A stretch of DNA of 26,411 nt from positions 1-26,411 of IMG/VR virus record IMGVR_UViG_3300024232_000064. The stretch is one strand, 5' to 3'. Positions 15,929-23,767 of the stretch are shown piece after piece; position 1 is the first letter of the stretch, and the number at the start of each line of letters is the position of its first letter. A program made the position numbers and the translations under genes. The DNA is from a virus. Taxonomy: Duplodnaviria > Caudoviricetes. The notes under the pieces are model-generated. The model did no database searches, was not told where the DNA came from, and saw nothing but the letters and a program-made list of their open reading frames with translations.

Positions 15929-16471
15929 TCAGCACGCACACGAGAAGAAGCAGTACTTCTTGTCCTGATTGACCTTCTTCCCCGTGACGATTTCGTAGTG
16001 CTTCCAGAACTGTTCGAAGTCGACGCCGTTGTAATCTTCGTTGTCTCCCATGTGGCAATATTCGTCGTTCTCAAGATATTCGGCAGCCGCGGCCATCATC
16101 CGTTCGTACCGAATGCCGACGATGCGAGACATTTTGTCAATCTCTTCTCGGGAGTGCTGCACGTCGCATTCGAACGCCGGATGGCTCCAATCATGCCGAA
16201 GAGACGTGATTGTGTTCGGGTACAGAAACATCCAGAACCGTTCCCCGCGCTTAACGGATTCGCGCAGGAACGGGTCTACAATGCCGAGCTTCTTTTCCGC
16301 ATGAGCGCTGACAGCTTCGTCATTGCTTGGCGTCTCTCCCTTCACAAAACCGACGTGCGCGCCTGGAATGAGATTGGAGTCTACACACACGACTGGCGCA
16401 ACGGCGATGTGAATGGCGTCGCGTTTATCGTCTGGCTTGAGCAACTGGCCGAGCACTGTTGAACGGAACAT
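15929..16471 (-). CDS. Hypothetical phage protein
   Basis: Start MFRST after AGGAG; RDAIHIAV, GIVDPFL, TSLRHDWSHP and C-terminal FFSCAC. Confidence 0.8.
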   Translation of the reverse strand: MFRSTVLGQLLKPDDKRDAIHIAVAPVVCVDSNLIPGAHVGFVKGETPSNDEAVSAHAEKKLGIVDPFLRESVKRGERFWMFLYPNTITSLRHDWSHPAFECDVQHSREEIDKMSRIVGIRYERMMAAAAEYLENDEYCHMGDNEDYNGVDFEQFWKHYEIVTGKKVNQDKKYCFFSCAC

Positions 16472-16632
16472 GATTTGTTCTCCTGAGATTGATAGACTTG
16501 TCTCACCCACTCCTTGAAAATCTCTCTGTCACGAACCGTCATTCGCATGCGGGGGACGGGAGGCGAGGTGAAGCCGGGGCCGTCGTCGCTGGTCTGCAAT
16601 TCCTGATTCGGGCCTGGCTTGTAGTCACGCAT
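16381..16632 (-). CDS. Hypothetical protein
   Basis: 83 aa; overlaps the next gene, so support is weak. Confidence 0.35.
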   Translation of the reverse strand: MRDYKPGPNQELQTSDDGPGFTSPPVPRMRMTVRDREIFKEWVRQVYQSQENKSCSVQQCSASCSSQTINATPFTSPLRQSCV

Positions 16633-16651
16633 GCTTCATGCTTTCATTTCT

Positions 16652-16743
16652 GGTGCGGATCGTCGGTTCACTTCCCAGTCATTGAAACGGCGTCAATAAG
16701 GACTTCAGCCGACGCTCGCCTTAACCGTTTCGACTGCCGCACC
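16652..16743 (-). ncRNA. Candidate structured RNA element
   Basis: Nested stems GGTGCGG/CCGCACC, CAGTC/GACTG, GAAACG/CGTTTC and GCGTCGG/TTGACGC fill the intergenic gap. Confidence 0.4.
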
Positions 16744-17247
16744 TCACTTAAAAATCCTCGGCTCAAGAATCTCACGTGCTGCGTTCAGGTTGACGGGGCG
16801 ATGGACGGGCGCGCGAGGGGCTGCGACTGGCTTACGGTTCAGCCAGCAGCGCAAGTCGATACGCAGCCATTCAATCGGCCGCTCAACGTTATGGTTCTGC
16901 TCACTGGCCCATTGCCGCACGTCGCCGTCAGTCCAGAGCGCGTCGATGGCGGGAGTGGAGACCTGCGAACGCGTCGGCTCTGGTTGCGCCAGGGCTGGCG
17001 GTGTGACTTGCGCCACTGCCCCACTCCCGCCAATCGGCTGATCTACCGCCAGCTCAGATAGTTCATTCCACCATGCGTATCTGGACGACGCCGAATCTCG
17101 TCTTGGCGGCTCCCCCTCCAAAACAGACAGCACCTCGATAGTCCACATCGAGTCGCCGTGCTGCTCAGTCAGTACGACACGGAGTTTGCAGTCGTAGTGA
17201 TTCGGCTTGTAAATGCATTCCTGTCCAAGGTAGAAATCGCTTCTCAC
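16744..17247 (-). CDS. Hypothetical protein
   Basis: GTGA-coupled start (VRSDFY). Confidence 0.6.
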   Translation of the reverse strand: MRSDFYLGQECIYKPNHYDCKLRVVLTEQHGDSMWTIEVLSVLEGEPPRRDSASSRYAWWNELSELAVDQPIGGSGAVAQVTPPALAQPEPTRSQVSTPAIDALWTDGDVRQWASEQNHNVERPIEWLRIDLRCWLNRKPVAAPRAPVHRPVNLNAAREILEPRIFK

Positions 17248-17645
17248 GGTTCCACCCCCTCCGCCGCCGCATTCTCCTCCTGCCGCCGCTCCACTTCGCA
17301 GGCGGGGCAGAGAGAGCCGGTGCCGTTCGTGCGGAGGCAGTTCGGGCACACCTGCGTTGCGCGGGCAGCTTCCAGCATTGAGTTGAGTTCCTCAGCCGTC
17401 CACATGGTTGCGTGTGTAGAATAGCCCTGCCCAACCAGCACAGGCTTATGCCCATACGTCACAAAGTCCGGCATCGCCCGCACCCGCTCATTCGCTTCGT
17501 TCATGGCTTGGCGAGTGATGCGGCCCGCACGCAGGTTCTCAATGTCGAGAAGGCGAAGGTTGCGCAACGCGTGCTCATGCTTGGATGGGATGCACGAGGC
17601 GATGGATTTCAGTGCTTCGGTGGAGATTTTTGTTCCGCTGTACAC
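17244..17645 (-). CDS. Hypothetical protein with C-terminal CxxC...CxxC
   Basis: GTG start after a GGAGG RBS. Confidence 0.65.
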   Translation of the reverse strand: MYSGTKISTEALKSIASCIPSKHEHALRNLRLLDIENLRAGRITRQAMNEANERVRAMPDFVTYGHKPVLVGQGYSTHATMWTAEELNSMLEAARATQVCPNCLRTNGTGSLCPACEVERRQEENAAAEGVEP

Positions 17646-17660
17646 GTGAGATTCCTCCGG

Positions 17661-18140
17661 TTACTTCATGCCTGCGAGCTGCTTGGCCAGATTCGCACAT
17701 TCGTTTTTCACGTAGTTCAGCGTTCGGTAACGGTCCATTGGGCCATAGCCCATGCTGCGCTGATAGGCGGGCGAGATGTCGCCGCAGTGCGCGCAATCAA
17801 AGCCCAGCCACCAAACGTTGTCAGGGCGTCCGGATTCCGGCACGTGACAAATGCCGCGTTCAGGCGTGGCCGATTCGTGGCAATGACCAGAGAACGTCAA
17901 GCCGCCATGCACGTCAAAGCCGCCGTCAATCAGGTCGTAGGACTGATTGTAATCCTTCTCGAAACACGGATGCTTCTCGGTGACTCCGACATAGCCGCAC
18001 CAATGGCCGGAGTGGGGCGTGCGAACGGCGAGGCAGTCCAGATTCGTCGCCTCATCAATCCACTGAACCTTGTCTGGTTCGTTATCCCACTCGCCGCGTT
18101 TCGGCCATGTGGTCTTGTCAATCCAACGATATTCTTTCAC
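17661..18140 (-). CDS. Conserved phage hypothetical protein (HGGLTF / GFDCAH motif)
   Basis: GHWCGYVGV, VHGGLTF, WWLGFDCAHCGD and YRTLNYV motifs. Confidence 0.8.
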   Translation of the reverse strand: MKEYRWIDKTTWPKRGEWDNEPDKVQWIDEATNLDCLAVRTPHSGHWCGYVGVTEKHPCFEKDYNQSYDLIDGGFDVHGGLTFSGHCHESATPERGICHVPESGRPDNVWWLGFDCAHCGDISPAYQRSMGYGPMDRYRTLNYVKNECANLAKQLAGMK

Positions 18141-18180
18141 AGTCCCCTCCCTCTCGCATCCCAAGCCGACCGACGACGAT

Positions 18181-18438
18181 TTACGCCGCGCGCCATCCGC
18201 GTCGCTTCCCGTACTTCACTTCGTCCCGCTTGTCCGTCATGATTTTGATGAACTCGCGGTATCCCAATGCTGGCATTCGTTGAATCAGTGCGGCATGGAT
18301 CTTCTCAAGCGTGACAGTCTGAAGCCGCACCGTCTTGCCTTGTTCGATTCGGATGTAGGTTGCCTCGCCAATTCCGGCCATTTCGGCAAGCTGGGCGATG
18401 GAGAGGCGGCATTCGAGTCTCAACTGCTCGGGAGTCAT
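18181..18438 (-). CDS. XRE-family HTH protein
   Basis: LRLECRLSIAQLAEMAGIGEATYIRIEQG. Confidence 0.85.
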   Translation of the reverse strand: MTPEQLRLECRLSIAQLAEMAGIGEATYIRIEQGKTVRLQTVTLEKIHAALIQRMPALGYREFIKIMTDKRDEVKYGKRRGWRAA

Positions 18439-18767
18439 TGCGCTATCCTTCGAGCGTGGTCGCACTCAGGGTCGTCTTCGTCCACAAATCCGCGTGTTGG
18501 TGTGCAGTCGATCACTTCAATTGCTTTTGGCGTCGTCACTGCGTACTTCCACAACAGCAGCACCCATTGGGCGGCTTCACAGTCGGTCCTAAACTTTTTC
18601 TTTGAGAGCCCGTACGCCTTTGCCCAACGCGCGAGATCGCTTTCCGGCGGCAGTTCGCCCGCTTCCGTTTTCGCGATTTCCGACTGAACCGTTTTCAGAT
18701 ACGCGGCCATCTGCTCTTGCGTGAGGCCGAGTTCTTTGCGGCGTTGCGACAACGGATTCTGATTCAT
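18435..18767 (-). CDS. XRE-family HTH protein (Cro-like)
   Basis: RRKELGLTQEQMAAYLKTVQSEIAKTEAG. Confidence 0.85.
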   Translation of the reverse strand: MNQNPLSQRRKELGLTQEQMAAYLKTVQSEIAKTEAGELPPESDLARWAKAYGLSKKKFRTDCEAAQWVLLLWKYAVTTPKAIEVIDCTPTRGFVDEDDPECDHARRIAQ

Positions 18768-18897
18768 GATTCACCGGCCCCCCGACCGGGACAAGCTTGG
18801 CGACTTCTCGCCCGTGGCTTGTCAATGTGATGGTTTCTCCCTGCAGTACTCTCTGGATGGTTGCCCCGAGGTTTTCGCGCAAATCACTAGTAGTCAT
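18589..18897 (-). CDS. Phd/YefM antitoxin-like DNA-binding domain protein
   Basis: MTTSDLRENLGATIQRVLQGETITLTSHGREVAKLVP closely matches the Phd/YefM N-terminal pattern. Confidence 0.78.
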   Translation of the reverse strand: MTTSDLRENLGATIQRVLQGETITLTSHGREVAKLVPVGGPVNHESESVVATPQRTRPHARADGRVSENGSVGNRENGSGRTAAGKRSRALGKGVRALKEKV

Positions 18898-18942
18898 CAA
18901 TCAGCCTTTCGAAAATCAGAAGAATATTTCATTCGTGTAAAA

Positions 18943-18970
18943 AGAATACTTCCGAATATCGTTAGGTCAA
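18943..18970 (-). promoter_or_regulatory. Probable early leftward promoter
   Basis: TTGACC-16 bp-TATTCT in the AT-rich divergent region. Confidence 0.55.
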
Positions 18971-19026
18971 GCTGGAATATTGTACATATTGTAGAAATCG
19001 TACAAATCAGTGATATCAATACGTTT

Positions 19027-19572
19027 GTGAATAAAGATTTTTTTAATCAGGCCGCTTTTATGAATCTCGTTTCCGATGAGCTTTCGAAACGCGATATTCC
19101 ACAGGTCAGACTTACTGAGGCTTTAGGTAAGGCAGAATCGGCGTTTCAGAGATGGATGCATCCTAAGAAGCCGAAACGCTTAGACGTGAATGAGATTATT
19201 GCCATATGCCACTTTTTCGAATGGCGTCCGTCATGGGCGTTGTTCGGAGAGGGTCCGCAATCAGACGCAGAAGCGCATGAGATAGCGCTTATTCGGGACG
19301 TGATTGCATTGCTCGGAGACGACGCTCGGCGCGCCGTCGGCAACGCCCAATATGTTCCTGAACCTCAGCTTGTTTACGGCCGCAATGGGCGGCATGGGCC
19401 GAATCTGGACCGTCTTTGGCGGCAGCGTGAGCCGGATGCTAAAGGCGAAGGCTCAGCGCGTCTTCCCCGTCCTGATTCTCATGCAGTCAGGATTTCGGCC
19501 GGTCTACCCGCACCACATCGAACTAGCGCACAAGGAACTACGATTGTTGCGGCAGGCACACGGCTTGCCTGA
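19027..19572 (+). CDS. CI-like HTH repressor (start at GTG 19027 or ATG 19060; C-terminus probably aberrant)
   Basis: PQVRLTEALGKAESAFQRW...IIAICHFFEWRPSWALFGEG is XRE repressor-like; divergent from the early operon. Confidence 0.7.
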   Translation: MNKDFFNQAAFMNLVSDELSKRDIPQVRLTEALGKAESAFQRWMHPKKPKRLDVNEIIAICHFFEWRPSWALFGEGPQSDAEAHEIALIRDVIALLGDDARRAVGNAQYVPEPQLVYGRNGRHGPNLDRLWRQREPDAKGEGSARLPRPDSHAVRISAGLPAPHRTSAQGTTIVAAGTRLA

Positions 19573-19689
19573 CTCGCTGACGTTCGGAGCATTACGCCGG
19601 CTGACATACTTTCGGCTCTACAAGGCTGGCGTAAATCCTCAGCTTGCGGCGCGCATCATGGGCAATAGCGTTGAGATTGCGATGAGCCG

Positions 19690-19910
19690 CGTCCCCAAAG
19701 TGTCCCCAAAAAGAGGAAACGAAAAGCGAAGAAACTACGGCAACACAAGGCTGCATAAAGGTTTAGTGCCCATAGCACAACGGATAGTGTACCGGCCTCC
19801 GAAGCCGAGCCAAGGGGAAGTGTACGCGACAGTAGACGAGCGTTTCATAGGGAAGCGCGAAATTGTTAGGGAGATGAAAGTGAGGGCTGTCCCCATTTTT
19901 GTCCCCAAAA
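19690..19910. other. attP-like site with paired arm-type repeats
   Basis: GTCCCCAAAG-TGTCCCCAAAA (19691-19711) and TGTCCCCATTTT-TGTCCCCAAAA (19888-19910) flank a tRNA fragment. Confidence 0.75.
19766..19808 (+). tRNA. Partial tRNA-Arg(CCG), 5' half only (att core)
   Basis: GTGCCCA-TA-GCAC-AACGGATA-GTGT-A-CCGGC-CTCCGAA-GCCG gives the acceptor 5' strand, D arm and CCG anticodon arm; there is no T arm or 3' acceptor strand. Confidence 0.8.
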
Positions 19911-19956
19911 GTTGAAAGCGAGTCAGCCACAACTACATTCTCGAATGGGAGGGGTT

Positions 19957-20274
19957 ATGCGCGACGGCATGAAGGTTTGGGGTACCGCAACTCCCGCCGA
20001 GAAAGAGTTCTTCGCTAAGGCTCCTGAGGTTCAACCGCCGCCTAAGTCGCCCACCGATGGCCAAAGCAAGGCCGACGGCTTTTGGTCTAGCGCCTCTAAG
20101 GCCGTCATGGTGGTTGTTATCTTGGTGCTCGGTTTCTTAATTTGTCGCGACTTGTTTCATTCCGCGACTAGCGCAGAAGCTTTCAAGTTGCTGCCGCTGT
20201 GCAGTCTCGTCGGCTGCGTTTTGCTGTTTCTCATTTGGCGCAAGCTCGCTGAGATTGCCAGCAAACTCAAGTGA
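19957..20274 (+). CDS. Membrane protein (two TM segments), possible lysogenic conversion/exclusion gene
   Basis: GGGAGGGG RBS; AVMVVVILVLGFLIC and LLPLCSLVGCVLLFLIW. Confidence 0.7.
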   Translation: MRDGMKVWGTATPAEKEFFAKAPEVQPPPKSPTDGQSKADGFWSSASKAVMVVVILVLGFLICRDLFHSATSAEAFKLLPLCSLVGCVLLFLIWRKLAEIASKLK

Positions 20275-21402
20275 GGTCGGATACTGTTTCCGCAGCCAAT
20301 CCAACTCCGTCCTCTCCGCATTCTCCGCATTCCAGTCCGTCCCGCGGTCGCGCGTCTTCAGCACCGACTCGAAATACTCCGTATACATTGGTGCGATTCT
20401 TTCCAGCGAGAAGTTTGCTTTCGCCCAGTCGCGGCAGGCTTGCGGATCGATTGCGTCAATCTTCTTCGCCGCCCATGTGAAATGGTCCATGGTTCGGCAG
20501 CGGTAGCCGGTCACGCCGTGCACGACGTTTTCCGGGAATGCTCCCCAGTCCGTGCAGATGACGGGTGCGCCACTGATTTGCGCTTCAATCGACACGCCGC
20601 AGAACGGCTCATGGTACCAGGACGGGCAGAAGACGGCTTTGCATTCAGACAACAGTTTGCGCCGGCCTTCCACGTCAACGACGCCCACATAGGACGCGTG
20701 CGGATTGCCGGCCAGGAATGGCGCCGGATCGCCTTGACCTGCAATCGTTATCTTTCGGCCCGCACGCTTGGCGGACTCAATCGCGATGCGGACGCCCTTG
20801 TCTTCGTTCAATCGTCCGATGAAGAGGAAGTCTTCGCCGCGCTTCTCGTTGTAGGTAAACATCTCAAGGTCGAACGCGTTCGGGATGACTGGCCAGTACC
20901 ATTTCGGGCAGTTCTGCAGTCCTTCCATCCCGACATGTGTGTGCAGCCATGCGTACGACTCGTAGACGCGCCATTCCGCATACGCTTTCGGATAGCCGAT
21001 GCCTGATTCAACAATGAACTGATCGACGCCTTTGACGGCTTCCCATTGCGTGCCGCCGTACGTGACGCAAACGATAGCCTCTCTGTCGTTGTCGCAGCGT
21101 TCCAGTATGGCCAGCTTGGCCCGCTTCGCCCAGCGTTGATGGTAGGGCCTGAACTTCCCGTCACATTTCAGCTCATACGGCTTCGTGCCCGGGTTTGAAT
21201 AGAAGTGGCTCCATTCGGCCGCACTCGCCACGTCCACGTGTTCGGTGCATTCGACTTGCGAACCTTCCACGCCGAGATGGACGACGTGATGGCCGGCACG
21301 GTGCATCATCGCACACAAATTTCTGACTTTCTGGCTGAATGCGCACGATGTAAACGCCGTGCTCGTGATTGTGTGAGGGACGGCCAATACAAATATCTTC
21401 AT
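20137..21402 (-). CDS. Glycosyltransferase, GT-B fold, GT4 family
   Basis: GHHV, IPNAFD, FLFIGRLNEDKG, EPFCGVSIEAQISGAPVICTDWGAFPE and GVTGY are GT4 signatures; GGGAGG RBS before the ATG at 21402. Confidence 0.92.
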   Translation of the reverse strand: MKIFVLAVPHTITSTAFTSCAFSQKVRNLCAMMHRAGHHVVHLGVEGSQVECTEHVDVASAAEWSHFYSNPGTKPYELKCDGKFRPYHQRWAKRAKLAILERCDNDREAIVCVTYGGTQWEAVKGVDQFIVESGIGYPKAYAEWRVYESYAWLHTHVGMEGLQNCPKWYWPVIPNAFDLEMFTYNEKRGEDFLFIGRLNEDKGVRIAIESAKRAGRKITIAGQGDPAPFLAGNPHASYVGVVDVEGRRKLLSECKAVFCPSWYHEPFCGVSIEAQISGAPVICTDWGAFPENVVHGVTGYRCRTMDHFTWAAKKIDAIDPQACRDWAKANFSLERIAPMYTEYFESVLKTRDRGTDWNAENAERTELDWLRKQYPTSLEFAGNLSELAPNEKQQNAADETAQRQQLESFCASRGMKQVATN

Positions 21403-21434
21403 TGTGAACACCCTCCCGGTGGTGTCGCGTTGCC

Positions 21435-22736
21435 TCAGATGTTGATGCTGAACATCGTAAACTCTACTTGTTTGAACGTTACGACGGTTCCATTTGAAAT
21501 CAAATCGGCCATGTAGACCGTGAATACGTCGTTGGCCGCACAGTCTTCAATCGCTGTCAACGTGATGGTGTGACGGTGGTCTTTCTGCCATGGGTTGCAG
21601 CAGGTCATGAACGGCGCGCCGTTCTTGTAGATGGACACCGCATAATTAGACGTCGTGAGGCCGCCCTGATTTGGCTGGCAATCGAGCGTTAGTTGGATGG
21701 CGTAAACGCCTGGGTCAACGATGGTGAGTGCGTCGCCCGTGTTCGTGATGTTGTTGGTCAGGCCAGCCGTGAAACTGGTGACTTGGTAGTAGACATTCAG
21801 CGTCGTGAGCGTCAGAGAGCCGGTTGTTTTGTAAAGCTCGCCATAGTCGCCGCCGCTGCCGGCTGGGCCAGTTGCGCCAGTTGGTCCGGTCACCCCCGTA
21901 GGACCAGTCGGGCCAGTCGGGCCGGTAGGTCCAGTGACTCCGGTGGGGCCGGTCGGGCCGCCGGCGGGTCCAATCGGTCCAGTTGCGCCCGTTGCGCCTA
22001 CGGCGCCATTGCTGCCCGCTGGGCCGGTCGCACCTGTCGGTCCTGCGGGTCCGGTTGGTCCAGTCGCTCCCGCGGCGCCGTTGCTGCCGGCTGGGCCAGT
22101 GGCTCCAGTCGGCCCTGTGGGACCTGTGGCGCCTCCGGGAGATCCTGACGGGCCGGTCGGGCCGGTTGCACCGTCGGCGCCCTTGTCTCCAGTCCGTGAA
22201 AACGAGATGATGAACAAATCACCAGAGGAAAACCCGCCCGGGTTTATGATGGCTGTAACCGGAAACTCTTTGTACGTGGTGTGGTCAACAACGGCTCCCG
22301 TGATTTCGAACACGAGAAACAAATTGGTCGGAGAGTTACCATCCAGTTTTTCGAAGATCAGGAACGCCCGATGCGCTGTCGTTGTGGAGTCGTCCCACGT
22401 GTCAATGAATGCGGACCAGTCCACTGAATTGACGTCGCTATAGTCGATCTGGATTGATGTTCCTGTGAACACCCATTGTCCAGACCCGCTTGGTGGACCT
22501 GGATTCAGGTACGCGTACGTCAACGGGTAATCCCGTGCGGCCGCAATAGCCTGCTCAAATCCGGCCTCTGGGAATGGCGATCCGCTCGCATCATCGTTGA
22601 ATATGAGCTGTGGCGGCCGTACGCCGAGTTTGCTTTGACGGTTCACGCCAGCCGCCAGCGCCCGCAATCTCTCCGGCTTGACTCGCTGGTTTGAGTCGAT
22701 CGGCTGCTCAAGATGGTCCGGTGAATTGATGTCCAC
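21435..22736 (-). CDS. Collagen-like tail fibre / receptor-binding protein with a BclA/C1q-like C-terminal domain
   Basis: More than 30 Gly-X-Y triplets (GPT/GAT-rich); beta-rich C-terminus ([16 protein letters not shown]...YKNG). Confidence 0.8.
   Translation of the reverse strand: MDINSPDHLEQPIDSNQRVKPERLRALAAGVNRQSKLGVRPPQLIFNDDASGSPFPEAGFEQAIAAARDYPLTYAYLNPGPPSGSGQWVFTGTSIQIDYSDVNSVDWSAFIDTWDDSTTTAHRAFLIFEKLDGNSPTNLFLVFEITGAVVDHTTYKEFPVTAIINPGGFSSGDLFIISFSRTGDKGADGATGPTGPSGSPGGATGPTGPTGATGPAGSNGAAGATGPTGPAGPTGATGPAGSNGAVGATGATGPIGPAGGPTGPTGVTGPTGPTGPTGPTGVTGPTGATGPAGSGGDYGELYKTTGSLTLTTLNVYYQVTSFTAGLTNNITNTGDALTIVDPGVYAIQLTLDCQPNQGGLTTSNYAVSIYKNGAPFMTCCNPWQKDHRHTITLTAIEDCAANDVFTVYMADLISNGTVVTFKQVEFTMFSINI
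21853..22188 (-). repeat. Collagen-coding 9-bp periodic repeat
   Basis: [17 protein letters not shown] units are duplicated. Confidence 0.9.
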
Positions 22737-22745
22737 GCTTCGCCC

Positions 22746-23759
22746 TTACGCCGTCAGCTTCAGCACTGTGTTGAAATCCACAAGACCGTACATCTGATAA
22801 ACGGACGGGATTGCATCGGTTGGTGTCTGGTTCGGTCCAATGTCATCACCAGACGGCGGATGTCCGTACGCACCATTTGGAATCGTGTAGAAGCCGTAAA
22901 TCTGCCACGGTGAAATCTGGATACTCCCGCCGCTCGGGTCTGTGGCCGGCGTCACATAGTTCACGTCTGACGCCTGAAGTAAGTCAATCCATTGAAACTC
23001 GTACATCACAATGTAGCTCTGGCCTTCGTCGCGTGTTTCGTTCTCGACGCGCGTGCACAGCAACGTTTGCGGGTCTGCCGTAAAGTCTGGTGTGATCGCC
23101 CATGCTACCGAGTTGACGAACCCTTCCAGAGTGTCCGATGCTCTCGGCGCCTGCTCGCGACGGTAGAAGCGGATGAGCTTGCCAGGTACTTGAACGTCGG
23201 CCCCAATTCGATTGTTGGGGTCAATCGCGGTATCGTCGGACTGCTTTTTGATGTTGTAGGTGCCAGCTCCGCTGCCAGCGCCCAGATATGGAATCACTAA
23301 CTGGTTGCCACCGTAGTCAATGAATACTTTCATAGCATGGACAGATGAGCCGATATGGAGCAATGCTGGCGCTTCGTCTCCGTTGTCTGACGGCTCCTGC
23401 GTCATTGCGTTCATGGGCGCATATTCGACTTCAACGATAGCCTTGGTTGAGTCGAATGATTTCACCGTAATTACGTCAGCACAAAAACAGTTGTTCTCCG
23501 CAAAGTCGCCTTTGCCTTCGTAGTACGCACCCCATGCGGACGGAATTACAATGGTAGGGTGTGGCGTCATGCGGATGGGAATGTCAAATTCAGGGTCGAC
23601 CGGATTCCAGTCTCCAGACGTAAGGGCTTTGTAGAGGGTTGCGGATGGGTCCGTCATGTCCAAATCTTTGACGACGAACACGCGTTTGGCACGCAGCCCT
23701 TCCTTTGAGATGGTTACTATCCCATCGCCTTCTTTGACTGAAATATCCGGGTATGACAT
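22746..23759 (-). CDS. Putative tail tip/baseplate protein
   Basis: 337-aa acidic, beta-rich protein between the tape-measure-like gene and the fibre; function inferred from position. Confidence 0.55.
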   Translation of the reverse strand: MSYPDISVKEGDGIVTISKEGLRAKRVFVVKDLDMTDPSATLYKALTSGDWNPVDPEFDIPIRMTPHPTIVIPSAWGAYYEGKGDFAENNCFCADVITVKSFDSTKAIVEVEYAPMNAMTQEPSDNGDEAPALLHIGSSVHAMKVFIDYGGNQLVIPYLGAGSGAGTYNIKKQSDDTAIDPNNRIGADVQVPGKLIRFYRREQAPRASDTLEGFVNSVAWAITPDFTADPQTLLCTRVENETRDEGQSYIVMYEFQWIDLLQASDVNYVTPATDPSGGSIQISPWQIYGFYTIPNGAYGHPPSGDDIGPNQTPTDAIPSVYQMYGLVDFNTVLKLTA

Positions 23760-23767
23760 TGTTTACC

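Larger units (their letters stand above)
19304..19915 (+). pseudogene. Degenerate tyrosine integrase remnant
   Basis: Box I-like LILMQSGFRP and box II-like LTFGALRR...LYKAGV...AARIMGNSVEIAM. The HxxR His and the catalytic Tyr are absent, the inter-box region is very short, and the ORF lies next to an att-like site. Confidence 0.65.

Noticed and set aside
16652-16743. tRNA or hammerhead ribozyme
   Set aside because: It has an acceptor-like stem and a D-loop-like GG but no T arm or anticodon stem. CTGAAG and GAAA are present but not in hammerhead topology.
18766-19026. N-terminal extension of the 268-aa plus-strand ORF
   Set aside because: It spans the Phd-like gene and the AT-rich promoter region; the HTH domain starts after about 19060.
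19766-19840. Complete functional tRNA-Arg gene
   Set aside because: There is no TTCGA T-loop or complementary 3' acceptor strand after the anticodon arm.
21693-22443. Plus-strand Pro/Val/Gly-rich ORFs
   Set aside because: They are antisense shadows of the collagen repeat.
20137-22736. Diversity-generating retroelement or invertible fibre cassette
   Set aside because: No reverse transcriptase, TR/VR pair, invertase or inverted crossover sites were seen in the window.
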